IMG/VR virus record: IMGVR_UViG_3300025006_000320
DNA from: a virus
DNA: 64,000 nt
Direction: 5' to 3' (one strand)
The notes under the pieces are model-generated. The model saw only the letters and a list, made by a program, of their open reading frames with translations, did not search any database and was not told the origin of the DNA. Shown piece by piece: positions 53,700 through 63,932 of this stretch (positions within the stretch are counted from its first letter, which is position 1; each line of letters begins with the position of its first letter). The position numbers and the translations under genes are program-made.

Positions 53700-54146
53700 T
53701 TACTTAGAAAGTTTTGAGTTCCAGGACTCTATGGCAGAAATTGGTGAGTCGAAGGTAACAGGGGCAATCCATCCGCAGCACTTCAATTGGAACTGATTGA
53801 GGATGTATGGCTCAGGACCAATCCTGCAGCCTCGATCCCATTCGAACGCTTTAATTACGGGCTGTCGTTTGCAAAATGGACACTCTGTTGTGTCAGGGAG
53901 ATTTTCGAAAGAAATGTCCGGTAACGATCCATCATCCTCAGCCCATTGAAGTTCGCCTGGCACAACAACCGAATATCCGTCCCAACGGTCAAATTCAGGA
54001 GAAAGAACATCTTCGTAACCAGCGCCACGAAGGCGAAATTTAGCTCGGGCAATAACGACAAGCCCTTTAACTTTTCGGCTACCCATTCGCCACATATAAA
54101 CACCGGCGGAATCAGGCTTGCGTTCAGAGTATTTAACCCATTGCAT
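53700..54146 (-). CDS. Lar-like protein (copy 2)
   Basis: Copy of 7387..7833. Confidence 0.5.
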   Translation of the reverse strand: MQWVKYSERKPDSAGVYMWRMGSRKVKGLVVIARAKFRLRGAGYEDVLSPEFDRWDGYSVVVPGELQWAEDDGSLPDISFENLPDTTECPFCKRQPVIKAFEWDRGCRIGPEPYILNQFQLKCCGWIAPVTFDSPISAIESWNSKLSK

Positions 54147-54303
54147 GCTCACCTCCGCGCTGATTCGTCTTTGCCCGATGCCACGGATAACCTATGGCAA
54201 CCTTCATTTCGTCGTAGGCTGCCATCCACATGGCGCCATCACCGATAAACAGGGCGATGGCTGCTTTACTCTGCGCGGCGCGCAGCAGGTGATGATTGAT
54301 CAT
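54133..54303 (-). CDS. kil: Kil (copy 2)
   Basis: Copy of 7820..7990. Confidence 0.75.
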   Translation of the reverse strand: MINHHLLRAAQSKAAIALFIGDGAMWMAAYDEMKVAIGYPWHRAKTNQRGGEHAMG

Positions 54304-54458
54304 GCCTTCACCTCAACCTGTTCAAGGAGGCCAGCCAGCTTCATGTGCCAGCGGTTCATCGTCAGCTTCTCGCGCGGATTCGATACCGACGTCAGCTGCC
54401 ACTCGTTATCGTTGAGCTTTTTGGCGGTGTACTGCTTGCCGTTGTGGGTGACTGTCAT
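54300..54458 (-). CDS. 52-aa hypothetical protein (copy 2)
   Basis: Copy of 7987..8145. Confidence 0.7.
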   Translation of the reverse strand: MTVTHNGKQYTAKKLNDNEWQLTSVSNPREKLTMNRWHMKLAGLLEQVEVKA

Positions 54459-54712
54459 GATGCCTCCCGGGCGTGGAGCATTGCATCAGCCAGCAGGTAA
54501 GCTCTTGATGCTATCCCATCAACAGTTTCGAAGTAGGCCCCTTCAGGCTCTCCATCAGCACCTCGCGCAGCAACTATCAGCGCTTTTGCAGCGAAATAAT
54601 CGCGCAATGTCATGCCGCCAGAGCTGACTTCGAAACCATGTAAGTGACCAACTTCGTCGCGCTCCACGATAGAATCGCACGGGAAAGCGCGCCCTCCAGT
54701 TTTATTGCTCAT
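54455..54712 (-). CDS. Conserved hypothetical protein (copy 2)
   Basis: Copy of 8142..8399. Confidence 0.75.
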   Translation of the reverse strand: MSNKTGGRAFPCDSIVERDEVGHLHGFEVSSGGMTLRDYFAAKALIVAARGADGEPEGAYFETVDGIASRAYLLADAMLHAREAS

Positions 54713-54864
54713 AAATCCTCTTGGCCTTATCGCGGCGAACGGAACGGTTAATACAAGACTTCTGCGCTTGTGCGGCAAAACAAAAAAAGTGGCGGTGGAT
54801 GGCCGCCGGTTGTCATAACTAACCGCACTCATCGAGAACGGTGAGGTATGAAAAAAGCCGCTGG

Positions 54865-55149
54865 TTAGGCGGCTCTGAGTTTGTTGACGTAATTCATGCA
54901 TACTGTAGGGCTGCATGTTCGCCATGTGGTTTTATGCTGCATCCGCTTGCTTGGCGGGTAATAAGCAACAGTCCCTTGCGGTGTACGAAAAATGAGAGTG
55001 TTTTCTCCCTCTTCGAACTCAACTCCATTACGTTGAAAGAAAGCCTTCATCCCTTCATGTGCTGAGTTACGCGCCATCCTGCGCCGCTCTTTAAGTTCTG
55101 GCTTCATGTCTCGCCAAAACTCCCCCATCGTATAATCGTCGTCTGCCAT
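54865..55149 (-). CDS. Hypothetical protein (copy 2)
   Basis: Copy of 8552..8836. Confidence 0.7.
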   Translation of the reverse strand: MADDDYTMGEFWRDMKPELKERRRMARNSAHEGMKAFFQRNGVEFEEGENTLIFRTPQGTVAYYPPSKRMQHKTTWRTCSPTVCMNYVNKLRAA

Positions 55150-55194
55150 AAAACCCTCTGTCGTTACCCGCTGATGCGGGAGAAATGCTTTGGC

Positions 55195-55298
55195 GATTGG
55201 ATGGCCGGCGCTGATCTCCGGCATGTAGATTCGGTTCTGCCGATAAATCCCACACTACTTCCGCTTCGTTGCGCATCAGCCTGCGCATTCATCCAATC
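55195..55298 (-). ncRNA. C4/CI-like structured RNA candidate (copy 2)
   Basis: Copy of 8882..8985. Confidence 0.5.
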
Positions 55299-55380
55299 CC
55301 AAAACATTCCAGTTATTGCCGGGGTATTTATCCGCGCCCGGCGCGCGCTTTCCCGCTATTCCCCAACAGCAAGAAATCGC

Positions 55381-55722
55381 TTACTCTTTAATCTCCCCAA
55401 CAGTAGAAAGGATATATTCATGCAAACCATGCGGACCGTGTGCCCTGACTGCGGAAGTGAGATGTTCAACCAGCCCGATGATTTTGACTTTGAGACAAAT
55501 TTCACCGGCGTCAGTTGTGCTGACTGTGGTCGAGAAATCACTAAGGACGATGTTGTCAATCAGGCCACGGACACGGTCAAAAAACAGCTCGACGACATGC
55601 TCAGGAATTCCCTGAAAGGAACTGGCTGGAAGTTCGACTAATTTCAAAAGCTCCCCGAACTGAGTAAGAACCTCACTGGCGTCTACGTTAAGCAGTAGTG
55701 GCGCCGTTTTTTTATCTGCCAT
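55381..55722 (-). CDS. First pL gene (copy 2)
   Basis: Copy of 9068..9409. Confidence 0.55.
   Translation of the reverse strand: MADKKTAPLLLNVDASEVLTQFGELLKLVELPASSFQGIPEHVVELFFDRVRGLIDNIVLSDFSTTVSTTDAGEICLKVKIIGLVEHLTSAVRAHGPHGLHEYILSTVGEIKE
55420..55641 (+). CDS. Small zinc-binding protein (copy 2)
   Basis: Copy of 9107..9328. Confidence 0.7.
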   Translation: MQTMRTVCPDCGSEMFNQPDDFDFETNFTGVSCADCGREITKDDVVNQATDTVKKQLDDMLRNSLKGTGWKFD

Positions 55723-55782
55723 ACACACCCCTCTGTTTGTTTACCGTCAGCCCCTCGTAAAGAGCTGCTGGTAAATCGCTTT

Positions 55783-55852
55783 GCCATAATTGCCGCTCTC
55801 CCTGAGCCCGCCTATGGTCCGACGCATGGTTTACTGTCGCGCCGTTCGACTG
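55783..55852 (-). ncRNA. putL: put-like antiterminator RNA (copy 2)
   Basis: Copy of 9470..9539. Confidence 0.8.
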
Positions 55853-56069
55853 ACCGAATCTCCACTTCGCCGCTGGCTAACTTCGCTCAGCTGTCGATGT
55901 TTCGTTTCGATGAGTTGATTATTAACTAATGGTTATTTTCAGTCAATAACCATTGGTTAATTATTTTACCGTTGGTTATTAAGGTTATGATTTATTGGTT
56001 AATTTAGTTCTGTTATGGATTTGTGCAGTACGTGCTATGCTGCAAAAAACATCAAAAAGGAGTGGTGAG

Positions 56070-56267
56070 ATGGACTTGGATGAAGAAAGAGTGAACATGA
56101 TGGTTCACGCCATGGGGCGGGCGGTCATGGAATTGTCACTGGCTGATTTACCCATGACCCAGCAAAACATCATCGACAAGCTGAAGCAGTACCGGAAGGA
56201 AACAGGAAACGTGATCGGCAAGGGAGTTAACAGGGATGCTGCGGAGTTGGTGAGGAAGGGGCAATAA
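56070..56267 (+). CDS. Accessory hypothetical protein (copy 2)
   Basis: Copy of 9757..9954. Confidence 0.65.
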   Translation: MDLDEERVNMMVHAMGRAVMELSLADLPMTQQNIIDKLKQYRKETGNVIGKGVNRDAAELVRKGQ

Positions 56268-56406
56268 AAAAGCCCGCACGGGCGGGCAGGTAGTGTTGCG
56301 ATAGTTATTGTTATCAGCTTCAGGCTGGATAGTTATCGGCAGAATGGGGGATAGCTTTATGGGTGGGCAATAAAAACCCGGCGCAGTGGCCGGGTTGGGC
56401 TATAAA

Positions 56407-57111
56407 TCAGAATTTTGAAATGTCGATGTTGTAGATCGCCATCCATGCCTCTGCGGGATAGGAGTTAAGCGGTACTGATTGGTAATGCGGGGTAAGAATT
56501 TCAACAGATAAGCTGTGATAACTGCAGTAGTTTGCCAGCATCTGCCAGCTATATTTTCCAGGAATAACGCTCTTTACATGCGCAATCGTGGCATGCCTAA
56601 ACCCTTCACCTTTACTATGAACGTATTTGTTATGCTGCATGACGTGGTTACCGAAAGAGCCGCGTACAGACTTAAACTGGCCGTCTTTCTTTTCCAGCAT
56701 CATCTGAGCGCGTTCTGCCGCTTCCGCCTGATCTGCCAGTTGGCGAAGAGCATCAGCGTATGTTTGTGGCACCATCTTATACCCGCCTGTTTTACGGATG
56801 GATGGAAGCACCTCGGAGGTAACCCACTTTTTAAAATGTTTTGCCTCTACTTTCTGCGATCCCATGACTGCATTATATAGCCCAGATTCATTAATAAGCG
56901 TCTGATTTGTATAGTTTCGTCCATTTTGCAGGGTTTGCTTTCTCTTTTCATCATCATCCAGTCTTTCTGTCATGTTACTGGTTTCAGCATACCCAAGAAT
57001 ATCTGCAACGTCCTTAGCAACAAACCACACTTCTGAATCATCGTCAGTCATAGTCCTGACGGCATTGCCGTTAAAATCAAATTCATTTAGAGCTACTGGA
57101 TGACTCATCAT
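56407..57111 (-). CDS. BRO-N antirepressor-type protein (copy 2)
   Basis: Copy of 10094..10798. Confidence 0.85.
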   Translation of the reverse strand: MMSHPVALNEFDFNGNAVRTMTDDDSEVWFVAKDVADILGYAETSNMTERLDDDEKRKQTLQNGRNYTNQTLINESGLYNAVMGSQKVEAKHFKKWVTSEVLPSIRKTGGYKMVPQTYADALRQLADQAEAAERAQMMLEKKDGQFKSVRGSFGNHVMQHNKYVHSKGEGFRHATIAHVKSVIPGKYSWQMLANYCSYHSLSVEILTPHYQSVPLNSYPAEAWMAIYNIDISKF

Positions 57112-57425
57112 TTCACCTAATAAAATTGGCATCCAATGCTTTACAGGGGAAAACGCTTGAGGTAATCTCCCCAATCGAGATCTCAAGAAAACATTCTAGC
57201 CGATGTTTTTTCAGCCCCTGGTAGCGTCAACTATCAGGGGCTTTCCGTTGTTGGCGAGCAGAAAACGATCACACAACAGCGGGATCCTACCCAGGCTAAA
57301 CAGAAACTTCAACAAAATGATCAGCTTATAGCTGATTTTTTTCACACCTGTAATTCCATCCAATAAAAAAGGCCGCATCTCTGCGACCCCTCAAGCAACC
57401 ATTCAAACCAGCCGCATCTTCGTCT

Positions 57426-58202
57426 TTACAGCAACACCGAGTACCAGAATATGCGACCGATTATCTCAACATCATCAATGTCAGCTTCTTCATCCGGATA
57501 TGCGTCGCCGTTGTAGCTGCGAATGATTAGCTTGCCGCCCGGCTTCCGGTATAGCTGCTTAATGCGCTTGAGCTGCCCGCTACCGCCGTCTGCCTGACCA
57601 ATGGCATACAGCTTACCGTCAACTATGCGCTTGTTGTTCGTGTCTACGGCTACCGTAGTGCCATCGGGAATGATCGGCTCCATGCTGTCACCTGTGGCCG
57701 GGAAGCAGAGAACTCCAGAACCGTCGGTGTTTGCCCCTACTCGGCGTAGTGTTGACTTGGAGAACCTGAGCTTAAAACCATTGTGATCTTCGCTGTGTAC
57801 GCGTCCATCGCCACACGCAAATTCAATATCCTTAAGAAACGGCACTTCAACCTCGTCAGCAGGAAGCGGTGTGTTTTTGTCCCAAGCGTCAACAGTTCCC
57901 CACTCGGATTCCGGCGGGATAGAAGATTCCCTGTGCAGTTCAGGCTCAGGATCATTCCTTCCGTATTCCAGCCACTCAGGGCGAACCCCAAGCCAGCGGC
58001 TAAGTGCAAGGATATTGGTTTGGTCTGGTATTGCTGATGCGTTAAGCCACTTCCAGATCCCGGGCTCAGATACAGCAATCCCCTGGGACTTCATAGCTTC
58101 CCTGATCCTGCCAGCCTGCCCACGCCCACCCACGCCAGCATCAAGCAATGCAGCGCGAAGTCTCTTCGAAAACTCTTCTTTTAAATCGTCTTTTTTAACC
58201 AT
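57426..58202 (-). CDS. cI: CI repressor (copy 2)
   Basis: Copy of 11113..11889. Confidence 0.92.
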   Translation of the reverse strand: MVKKDDLKEEFSKRLRAALLDAGVGGRGQAGRIREAMKSQGIAVSEPGIWKWLNASAIPDQTNILALSRWLGVRPEWLEYGRNDPEPELHRESSIPPESEWGTVDAWDKNTPLPADEVEVPFLKDIEFACGDGRVHSEDHNGFKLRFSKSTLRRVGANTDGSGVLCFPATGDSMEPIIPDGTTVAVDTNNKRIVDGKLYAIGQADGGSGQLKRIKQLYRKPGGKLIIRSYNGDAYPDEEADIDDVEIIGRIFWYSVLL

Positions 58203-58286
58203 GTGTTAATTATCAATTAGAGTTGACATAACTGTCAGTTAAGATATAACCTTAACTCGTAGTTAATATAGTTAACGGGAAACACT

Positions 58287-58532
58287 ATGAACCCAATGCA
58301 ATTTGCAATCGAAGCTGTAGGCGGACAAACCGCAGCGGCACGCCTATGTGGTCTGTCGAATGTTGCTATTCACAAGTGGGTAAAGAACGCGGCATTGCCT
58401 CGCACCGAGTACACAGAGAAAACCAACTATTCACAGCTTTTGGCTGACGCATCAAAAGGGCAGTTTACGGCGGAGTGGCTACGTCAAGCCGCAAACCCCG
58501 ATCGAACTAAACATGGATCACATGCCGCCTGA
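58287..58532 (+). CDS. cro: Cro (copy 2)
   Basis: Copy of 11974..12219. Confidence 0.85.
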   Translation: MNPMQFAIEAVGGQTAAARLCGLSNVAIHKWVKNAALPRTEYTEKTNYSQLLADASKGQFTAEWLRQAANPDRTKHGSHAA

Positions 58533-58569
58533 GGGCGGCCCTAACTAAAAATCACAGGAAGTATCGCAA

Positions 58570-58791
58570 ATGGAAACCTTAACGACACGCAACAAAGCGG
58601 AGGCACGACGAATTGAGAGTTGGGTGCAGCGTCAAATCGCAGATCTGGGTACCGCCCGGATAGCCGAAGTAGCTGGCATCAACAAATCCACAGTCAGCCG
58701 GTGGCGGGAGAACCTGGTACCGAACATGTCGCTGCTGCTGGCCATCCTGATTTCTAACCGGGATGGAGTGAAGGGAGATTTTGAAGCATGA
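58570..58791 (+). CDS. cII: CII (copy 2)
   Basis: Copy of 12257..12478. Confidence 0.8.
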   Translation: METLTTRNKAEARRIESWVQRQIADLGTARIAEVAGINKSTVSRWRENLVPNMSLLLAILISNRDGVKGDFEA

Positions 58792-58873
58792 ACGCAGAAA
58801 GGGCGAAAGCCGAGGTGCTGTAACACCAACGGCTTTCAGGTGGAATTAACTGGATCAATTCACAGGAGCAATT

Positions 58874-59728
58874 ATGGCAAACACTGCCGAAGTAATCAAT
58901 TTCCCTGTGCCTGACGTGGCACCTAAGGAGCCGCGCGTGGCAGATCTTGATGATGGCTATACGCGCATCGCCAATGAACTTCTGGAGGCTGTCATGCTGG
59001 CTGGATTGTCTCAGCATCAGCTGCTGGTCTTCATGGCAGTAATGCGCAAAACATACGGTTTCAACAAAAAGGCAGACTGGGTAAGCAATGATCAGTTATC
59101 TGCCCTGACCGGCATCCTCCCACACAAATGCTCTGCGGCTAAAAGTGCGTTAGTTAAGCGTGGGGTATTTACCCAAATCGGGCGAACTGTGGGGATTAAC
59201 AAAGCGGTCAGCGAATGGGTGAAATTACCCAAATCAGGTAACGAAAATAAAGTTTACCTGAAAGAGGTAAATTTACCAGAATCAGGTAAGAAAAGTTTAC
59301 CCGAATCAGGTAACGACACTTACCCAAATCAGGTAAACACAAAAGACAAACATACAAAAGACAATAAAGACAATATTAATAAACCCCCTAAATCCCCCAA
59401 ACCGGCTTCGTTCGATCCGGCTGGTGTTGAGCTTCCTGAATGGCTGTCAGTTTCAGTCTGGAAGTCATGGGTCGATTATCGTCGCGACCTGAAGAAACCG
59501 ATCAAGTCTCAGCAGACGGTTACCCAGGCCATCAACCTGCTCGAGCGTTGCAAGTGCAGCGGATATCAGCCTGAAGAAATCATCAACCAGAGCATTGCGA
59601 ACGGCTGGCAGGGATTGTTTGAGCCGAAAGGCATCAAACAGCCAGCCCGCAATCAGACTCGCGTATCCGAGAACTTCGCTGGCAAGGACTATGGACAGAC
59701 TGAAATTCCGTCATGGGCGAGGGACTGA
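58874..59728 (+). CDS. O-type initiator (copy 2; iterons at 59225..59336)
   Basis: Copy of 12561..13415. Confidence 0.9.
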   Translation: MANTAEVINFPVPDVAPKEPRVADLDDGYTRIANELLEAVMLAGLSQHQLLVFMAVMRKTYGFNKKADWVSNDQLSALTGILPHKCSAAKSALVKRGVFTQIGRTVGINKAVSEWVKLPKSGNENKVYLKEVNLPESGKKSLPESGNDTYPNQVNTKDKHTKDNKDNINKPPKSPKPASFDPAGVELPEWLSVSVWKSWVDYRRDLKKPIKSQQTVTQAINLLERCKCSGYQPEEIINQSIANGWQGLFEPKGIKQPARNQTRVSENFAGKDYGQTEIPSWARD

Positions 59729-59730
59729 GT

Positions 59731-60585
59731 ATGGAACTGCTCGAAAAAATCGACGCTATCGAAAAAATGCTGGAAGTTCTCGGCAGGCCGCCAGAGCAAC
59801 TCCCTAACTGCGAGATCGTCTGTGAAACGGTGCTTTGCGAGAAACACGGCGAATACGAACAGCGTAAACGCGTGCTTACCAGCAGTCTGATCAAGCTGCC
59901 GTCACCGCCGACTCGTTGTCCGGGCTGCCTGCGCGATGAGCTGACCTTCCTGTATGACGAGAAAAAGCGTTGGGAAGACCGCACGCGCCAGCAGAACGTC
60001 GATCGTCTGCTGCGCCAGCTCGAAATCCCTGAGCGCTTTGTAACGTGCACGCTGGAAAACTACCAGCCGGTAGGCAAAGAGTCAGAACGCGCGCTGCGGG
60101 TTTGCCAGGCGTATGCCGCGAAGTGGCCGGAGCGCCTGAAGCAGGGTGGCGGTCTGGTGATGTGCGGAAAGCCGGGTACCGGTAAAAACCATCTCGCCCT
60201 GGCGATCGCCCGCTACGTCATCGAGAACCACCAGAGCCCGGTAATTTTCACCACCGCGCTGAAGATTGCCCGTGAGTTCAAATCAACGTGGTCGAAAACA
60301 GCGACGCGCTGCGAGAACGATGTGATTTCGCACTTCACCACTCCGGACCTGTTGATCATCGATGAGGTAGGCGTCCAGTTCGGCAGCGAAGCCGAGAAGC
60401 TGATCATGTTCGAAATCATCAACACCCGGTACGAGCGGATGAAGCCGACCATCCTGATCAGCAACCAGACCAAAGAAGAACTGGCGGCGTTCGTGAGTGA
60501 GCGCGTTATTGACCGTATGAGCGACGGTGGCGGGTGCACGCTGTCATTCACCTGGGATTCTTACCGTTCAAAGGGGGCAGCGTGA
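59731..60585 (+). CDS. DnaC/IstB-like loader (copy 2)
   Basis: Copy of 13418..14272. Confidence 0.9.
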   Translation: MELLEKIDAIEKMLEVLGRPPEQLPNCEIVCETVLCEKHGEYEQRKRVLTSSLIKLPSPPTRCPGCLRDELTFLYDEKKRWEDRTRQQNVDRLLRQLEIPERFVTCTLENYQPVGKESERALRVCQAYAAKWPERLKQGGGLVMCGKPGTGKNHLALAIARYVIENHQSPVIFTTALKIAREFKSTWSKTATRCENDVISHFTTPDLLIIDEVGVQFGSEAEKLIMFEIINTRYERMKPTILISNQTKEELAAFVSERVIDRMSDGGGCTLSFTWDSYRSKGAA

Positions 60586-60776
60586 AAGCATGCAGCGACG
60601 ACTATGTCGTTATCAACCAGTATTCGAAAGGGGATGCAGCCTGGATAGAGCGCGTTGATACCGATGAAAAGCGAAAAGCACTTTACAAATCGAGTTGGGA
60701 AATAGCCGTAATCTCGCTCGCAATCGTTCGTGAATATGGGATCCGGAGGGTAGGCAATGACCATAACAATCCGTGA
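60582..60776 (+). CDS. Hypothetical protein (copy 2)
   Basis: Copy of 14269..14463. Confidence 0.6.
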   Translation: MKACSDDYVVINQYSKGDAAWIERVDTDEKRKALYKSSWEIAVISLAIVREYGIRRVGNDHNNP

Positions 60777-61101
60777 GCAGGTGCTGGCAGCCCTGCGCAA
60801 CAACCCAGGGCTGAACAGCGTCAAGCTGGCCGAGCTTATCGGCATGGACACCAAAAAGATATCGGGAACGGTGAGCACGCTGCTGGCCGACGGCCTGATT
60901 AGCTGCGAAGGAAAATACGGCCAGCGCCTTTACAGCCTGACCAGTTACGGCATGCGCTTCGCCCCTGACACGATACCGGGCATGAAGCAGGGCAAGTCGA
61001 AGCTAATTCAGCGGACGGACACAAACGTGATCTGCCAGGAGTGCCGCAACAGCGCGGCGATGAGAAGGGTATTGATGGTTTGGGAGAGGGCAGGGGTATG
61101 A
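60757..61101 (+). CDS. Winged-HTH protein (copy 2)
   Basis: Copy of 14444..14788. Confidence 0.75.
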   Translation: MTITIREQVLAALRNNPGLNSVKLAELIGMDTKKISGTVSTLLADGLISCEGKYGQRLYSLTSYGMRFAPDTIPGMKQGKSKLIQRTDTNVICQECRNSAAMRRVLMVWERAGV

Positions 61102-61376
61102 AAATTTTAAAACTGAGTCAGCAGGCAACAGTTTCTCGTCCGGTCGATTCGATTATCGGTTGGGAAGAGAAAACAATCTACGAGCCAGTTTTTGTTGTGG
61201 CTGAGCATATTGAGTCGTTTTTGTTTGCTGGAGTAAGCCACATCAAAATGACCTCGGGCGAAAAGATAGTTGTACGAGAAACACCTGAAGAAATTCTCGC
61301 GCTGCTTGGCGTCGGTGTTCAAACGGATAGCCTGAAAACATGGGGTGAAATTGCGCAGAAGGAGGCCGCCCAGTGA
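61098..61376 (+). CDS. FlbD-like hypothetical protein (copy 2)
   Basis: Copy of 14785..15063. Confidence 0.55.
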   Translation: MKILKLSQQATVSRPVDSIIGWEEKTIYEPVFVVAEHIESFLFAGVSHIKMTSGEKIVVRETPEEILALLGVGVQTDSLKTWGEIAQKEAAQ

Positions 61377-61933
61377 GCAACATCGACAAACGCGCATTAC
61401 GTGAAGCGGCTGAACGTGCAGGACAAAATGACTGGGAGTACGTCTACACCAGCGACCTCAGCGCCCCAGGGCGGGGATATATCACAGTAGGCGGAGCAGA
61501 GGCTATCTACTGTCTGAATAAAGCCGCAGGGGGAGTGAAACAGTCGGAAAACGTATTGAGATATATCGCTGCAGCTAGCCCGGAAACAATGCTGGCGCTG
61601 CTGAATGAGATTGCTGAACTTGAGCAACGACATTGCGGAACAGCATTGCTTGAGCGAGAAGAAATGCACACCAAAACTCTGGGTAGGATGTTGGATGAGC
61701 TGGAAGAGTCCGAGCGGCTACGCTTTAAGTTCCAGGAAGCTAACTGCGAATTGTGCCAGAAGCTGGAAGCCGCAGAGAAGCGGATTGCTGAGCTGGAGCG
61801 TAAAGAACAGCACAGTGAACGCCAGTCAGTAATTGATGCGCTGGCTGGTTCTGGTGAGGAATGGAGTGATATCGAAGAATACATGCAGAAGTGGGACGCG
61901 GAACGCGCCTCCGCAGCCGGTAAAGGGGAGTAA
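61373..61933 (+). CDS. Ead/Ea22-like protein (copy 2)
   Basis: Copy of 15060..15620. Confidence 0.8.
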   Translation: MSNIDKRALREAAERAGQNDWEYVYTSDLSAPGRGYITVGGAEAIYCLNKAAGGVKQSENVLRYIAAASPETMLALLNEIAELEQRHCGTALLEREEMHTKTLGRMLDELEESERLRFKFQEANCELCQKLEAAEKRIAELERKEQHSERQSVIDALAGSGEEWSDIEEYMQKWDAERASAAGKGE

Positions 61934-61935
61934 GC

Positions 61936-62112
61936 ATGAAATACGAAATCCCGGAATCAGAAGATATTGAATGGCAGCAGGATATGCTCCGTGAAATAGA
62001 CAGCGCCCTTGATGTCTTGCGTGATGAACATGAGCACGCAGAGGTAGTGGAGGAAATCATCAATGATATCACCGCGAGAATAGCATCACTCCGCGCGTAC
62101 TCTGGATACTGA
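61936..62112 (+). CDS. 58-aa hypothetical protein (copy 2)
   Basis: Copy of 15623..15799. Confidence 0.7.
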   Translation: MKYEIPESEDIEWQQDMLREIDSALDVLRDEHEHAEVVEEIINDITARIASLRAYSGY

Positions 62113-62122
62113 GGACTAACCT

Positions 62123-62821
62123 ATGAGCACTATTACCAGAGAATTCACCAAAGAGCAGTTACAGCAAATTATCGAAACTGACCACGTTCAATGCGGTGAG
62201 GCTTCGGCGCTGGCGCGTATCGCGCTGGCATCGCTCGAAGCGGAGCCTGTGGCTTACTCTCTGATATTCAGAAACATGGACGGCGTGCTGAATGATTATG
62301 TGAATGCAAATACCACATTTTCAACGATAGAAAAGGCACAGGCATACGGGAGAGGAGGTAACTATGTCAGACAGAATGACGGCTCCATGAAATGGGTTTC
62401 TGACCCATCGCTAGACCCGGTTGTTATTCCGCTATTCACCGCCCCGCCAGCGCCGGTATCTGTGCCTGATGAAGACTTGCTTCACATGGCAGCATCTGCG
62501 ATAGAAGACCTGCTCAGTAACAAAGACAGGTCAGGTGCCGGGGTATGGGCTGACGTGCCTGCCAGGTTACGCCGCGCCGCCATGCTTCAGGGTGCCGCTG
62601 GCAACTCTCCGGTGATTCCGGATGGTTGGAAACTGGTGCCGGTTGAGCCGACAGAAGACATGATCGTCAATGGGTTTGAGTCAGAGCCAGATGAGAGCTT
62701 TAGCGATGAGAAAGAGTGGGCAACATACGACGCCATGAGCGGATGCCAGCAGGCTGCGCACCGGGCGAAGTTGTGCTGGGCGGCGATGATAGCGGCGTCA
62801 CCTGCGTACAAAAAAAGTTAA
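62123..62821 (+). CDS. Eaa-like protein (copy 2)
   Basis: Copy of 15810..16508. Confidence 0.7.
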   Translation: MSTITREFTKEQLQQIIETDHVQCGEASALARIALASLEAEPVAYSLIFRNMDGVLNDYVNANTTFSTIEKAQAYGRGGNYVRQNDGSMKWVSDPSLDPVVIPLFTAPPAPVSVPDEDLLHMAASAIEDLLSNKDRSGAGVWADVPARLRRAAMLQGAAGNSPVIPDGWKLVPVEPTEDMIVNGFESEPDESFSDEKEWATYDAMSGCQQAAHRAKLCWAAMIAASPAYKKS

Positions 62822-62914
62822 TCGTCAAGGCTAAAAAATAGGTATGCGGATTACATCACCGCATGCCTTTTTGCGTTGTATATTAGGGTCTCAATACTCA
62901 TAGGGGATTAAATT

Positions 62915-63154
62915 ATGTTCGTTGAAGTTACTGTGACTCACGTTCTAAACAAGGGTGTTGGTTTCTTTCCTCAGAGCCCGGCATATAAGCTCTATGTCAA
63001 CGGTGACCATATCGTCAAACTCGCCAAACAAGAAGACGAGGCATGGACTGTTATGACCTTGTCAGATGGTGTTGTATACGCTATTTCAGAAACTCCATAT
63101 GCAGTAGCTAATAAACTAAATGGCGGAGAAGACCGGTCAAAAGTGAGTCTTTGA
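62915..63154 (+). CDS. Accessory 79-aa protein (copy 2)
   Basis: Copy of 16602..16841. Confidence 0.6.
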   Translation: MFVEVTVTHVLNKGVGFFPQSPAYKLYVNGDHIVKLAKQEDEAWTVMTLSDGVVYAISETPYAVANKLNGGEDRSKVSL

Positions 63155-63235
63155 TTTCTTAAAATCAATCAGCCATAATCATGTCATCGGAGCCTGAACA
63201 ACTCCGGTGACTTCTGCGCATTTAAGGGGACTTAA

Positions 63236-63331
63236 ATGCGACCACAATCTGAACTCCTCACCTTGTCACAGATGCTTAACGGCACCTGCGATTTTCTGCA
63301 TTCTGCGTTACCTCTCGGAGGTGGCGCATGA
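63236..63331 (+). CDS. YlcH-like leader peptide (copy 2)
   Basis: Copy of 16923..17018. Confidence 0.55.
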   Translation: MRPQSELLTLSQMLNGTCDFLHSALPLGGGA

Positions 63332-63765
63332 GTATCAAATTCTACCTGCGTGATGAGCAGGTTCGCCGCAACCTCATCGACTACATCAACAAGCAGCCTG
63401 TAAACGCAGATTTCCCGCTCGTGGTGAGTTTTGCCGACCCTAAGCGCACTCTTCCTCAGAATTCACTGTTCCACGCGCTTTGCGGCGATCTGGCAAAGCA
63501 TCGCATTCAATGGGCTGGCTCTGCGTGGTCGCTTCCGTCGTGGAAATCAATTTTGGTTTCCGGTCACTCCATTGCCACTGGAGGGCAGGGGAAGGTTATT
63601 GCCGGACTTGAGGGAGAATTGGTGGCCATTCGCGAAAGCACCTCATCGATGGGGATCAAACGGATGAACAGCCTGATTGAGTACACCCAGGCTTTCGCCG
63701 TCAGCCAGAACATCCAACTTCGCGATGTCCGTTATCGTGGCGATTACTTTGGGAGGCTTGCATGA
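63328..63765 (+). CDS. ninB: NinB/YbcN (copy 2)
   Basis: Copy of 17015..17452. Confidence 0.85.
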   Translation: MSIKFYLRDEQVRRNLIDYINKQPVNADFPLVVSFADPKRTLPQNSLFHALCGDLAKHRIQWAGSAWSLPSWKSILVSGHSIATGGQGKVIAGLEGELVAIRESTSSMGIKRMNSLIEYTQAFAVSQNIQLRDVRYRGDYFGRLA

Positions 63766-63932
63766 ATAACCCTCTCGCACGCGTCATCACAAACGAAATC
63801 TTCCGCGTCCCGGCGCGCCGCCAGCGTAAGCCCGCGGTTAAGCCGTCCGACATCCCGACCTTGAAAGGCTACACCGCCCGCCTGGTGGATCAGAAATGGC
63901 TGCGTCTCGCGGCACGGAGGGCGCATGGCTAA
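63762..63932 (+). CDS. ninE: NinE (copy 2)
   Basis: Copy of 17449..17619. Confidence 0.8.
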   Translation: MNNPLARVITNEIFRVPARRQRKPAVKPSDIPTLKGYTARLVDQKWLRLAARRAHG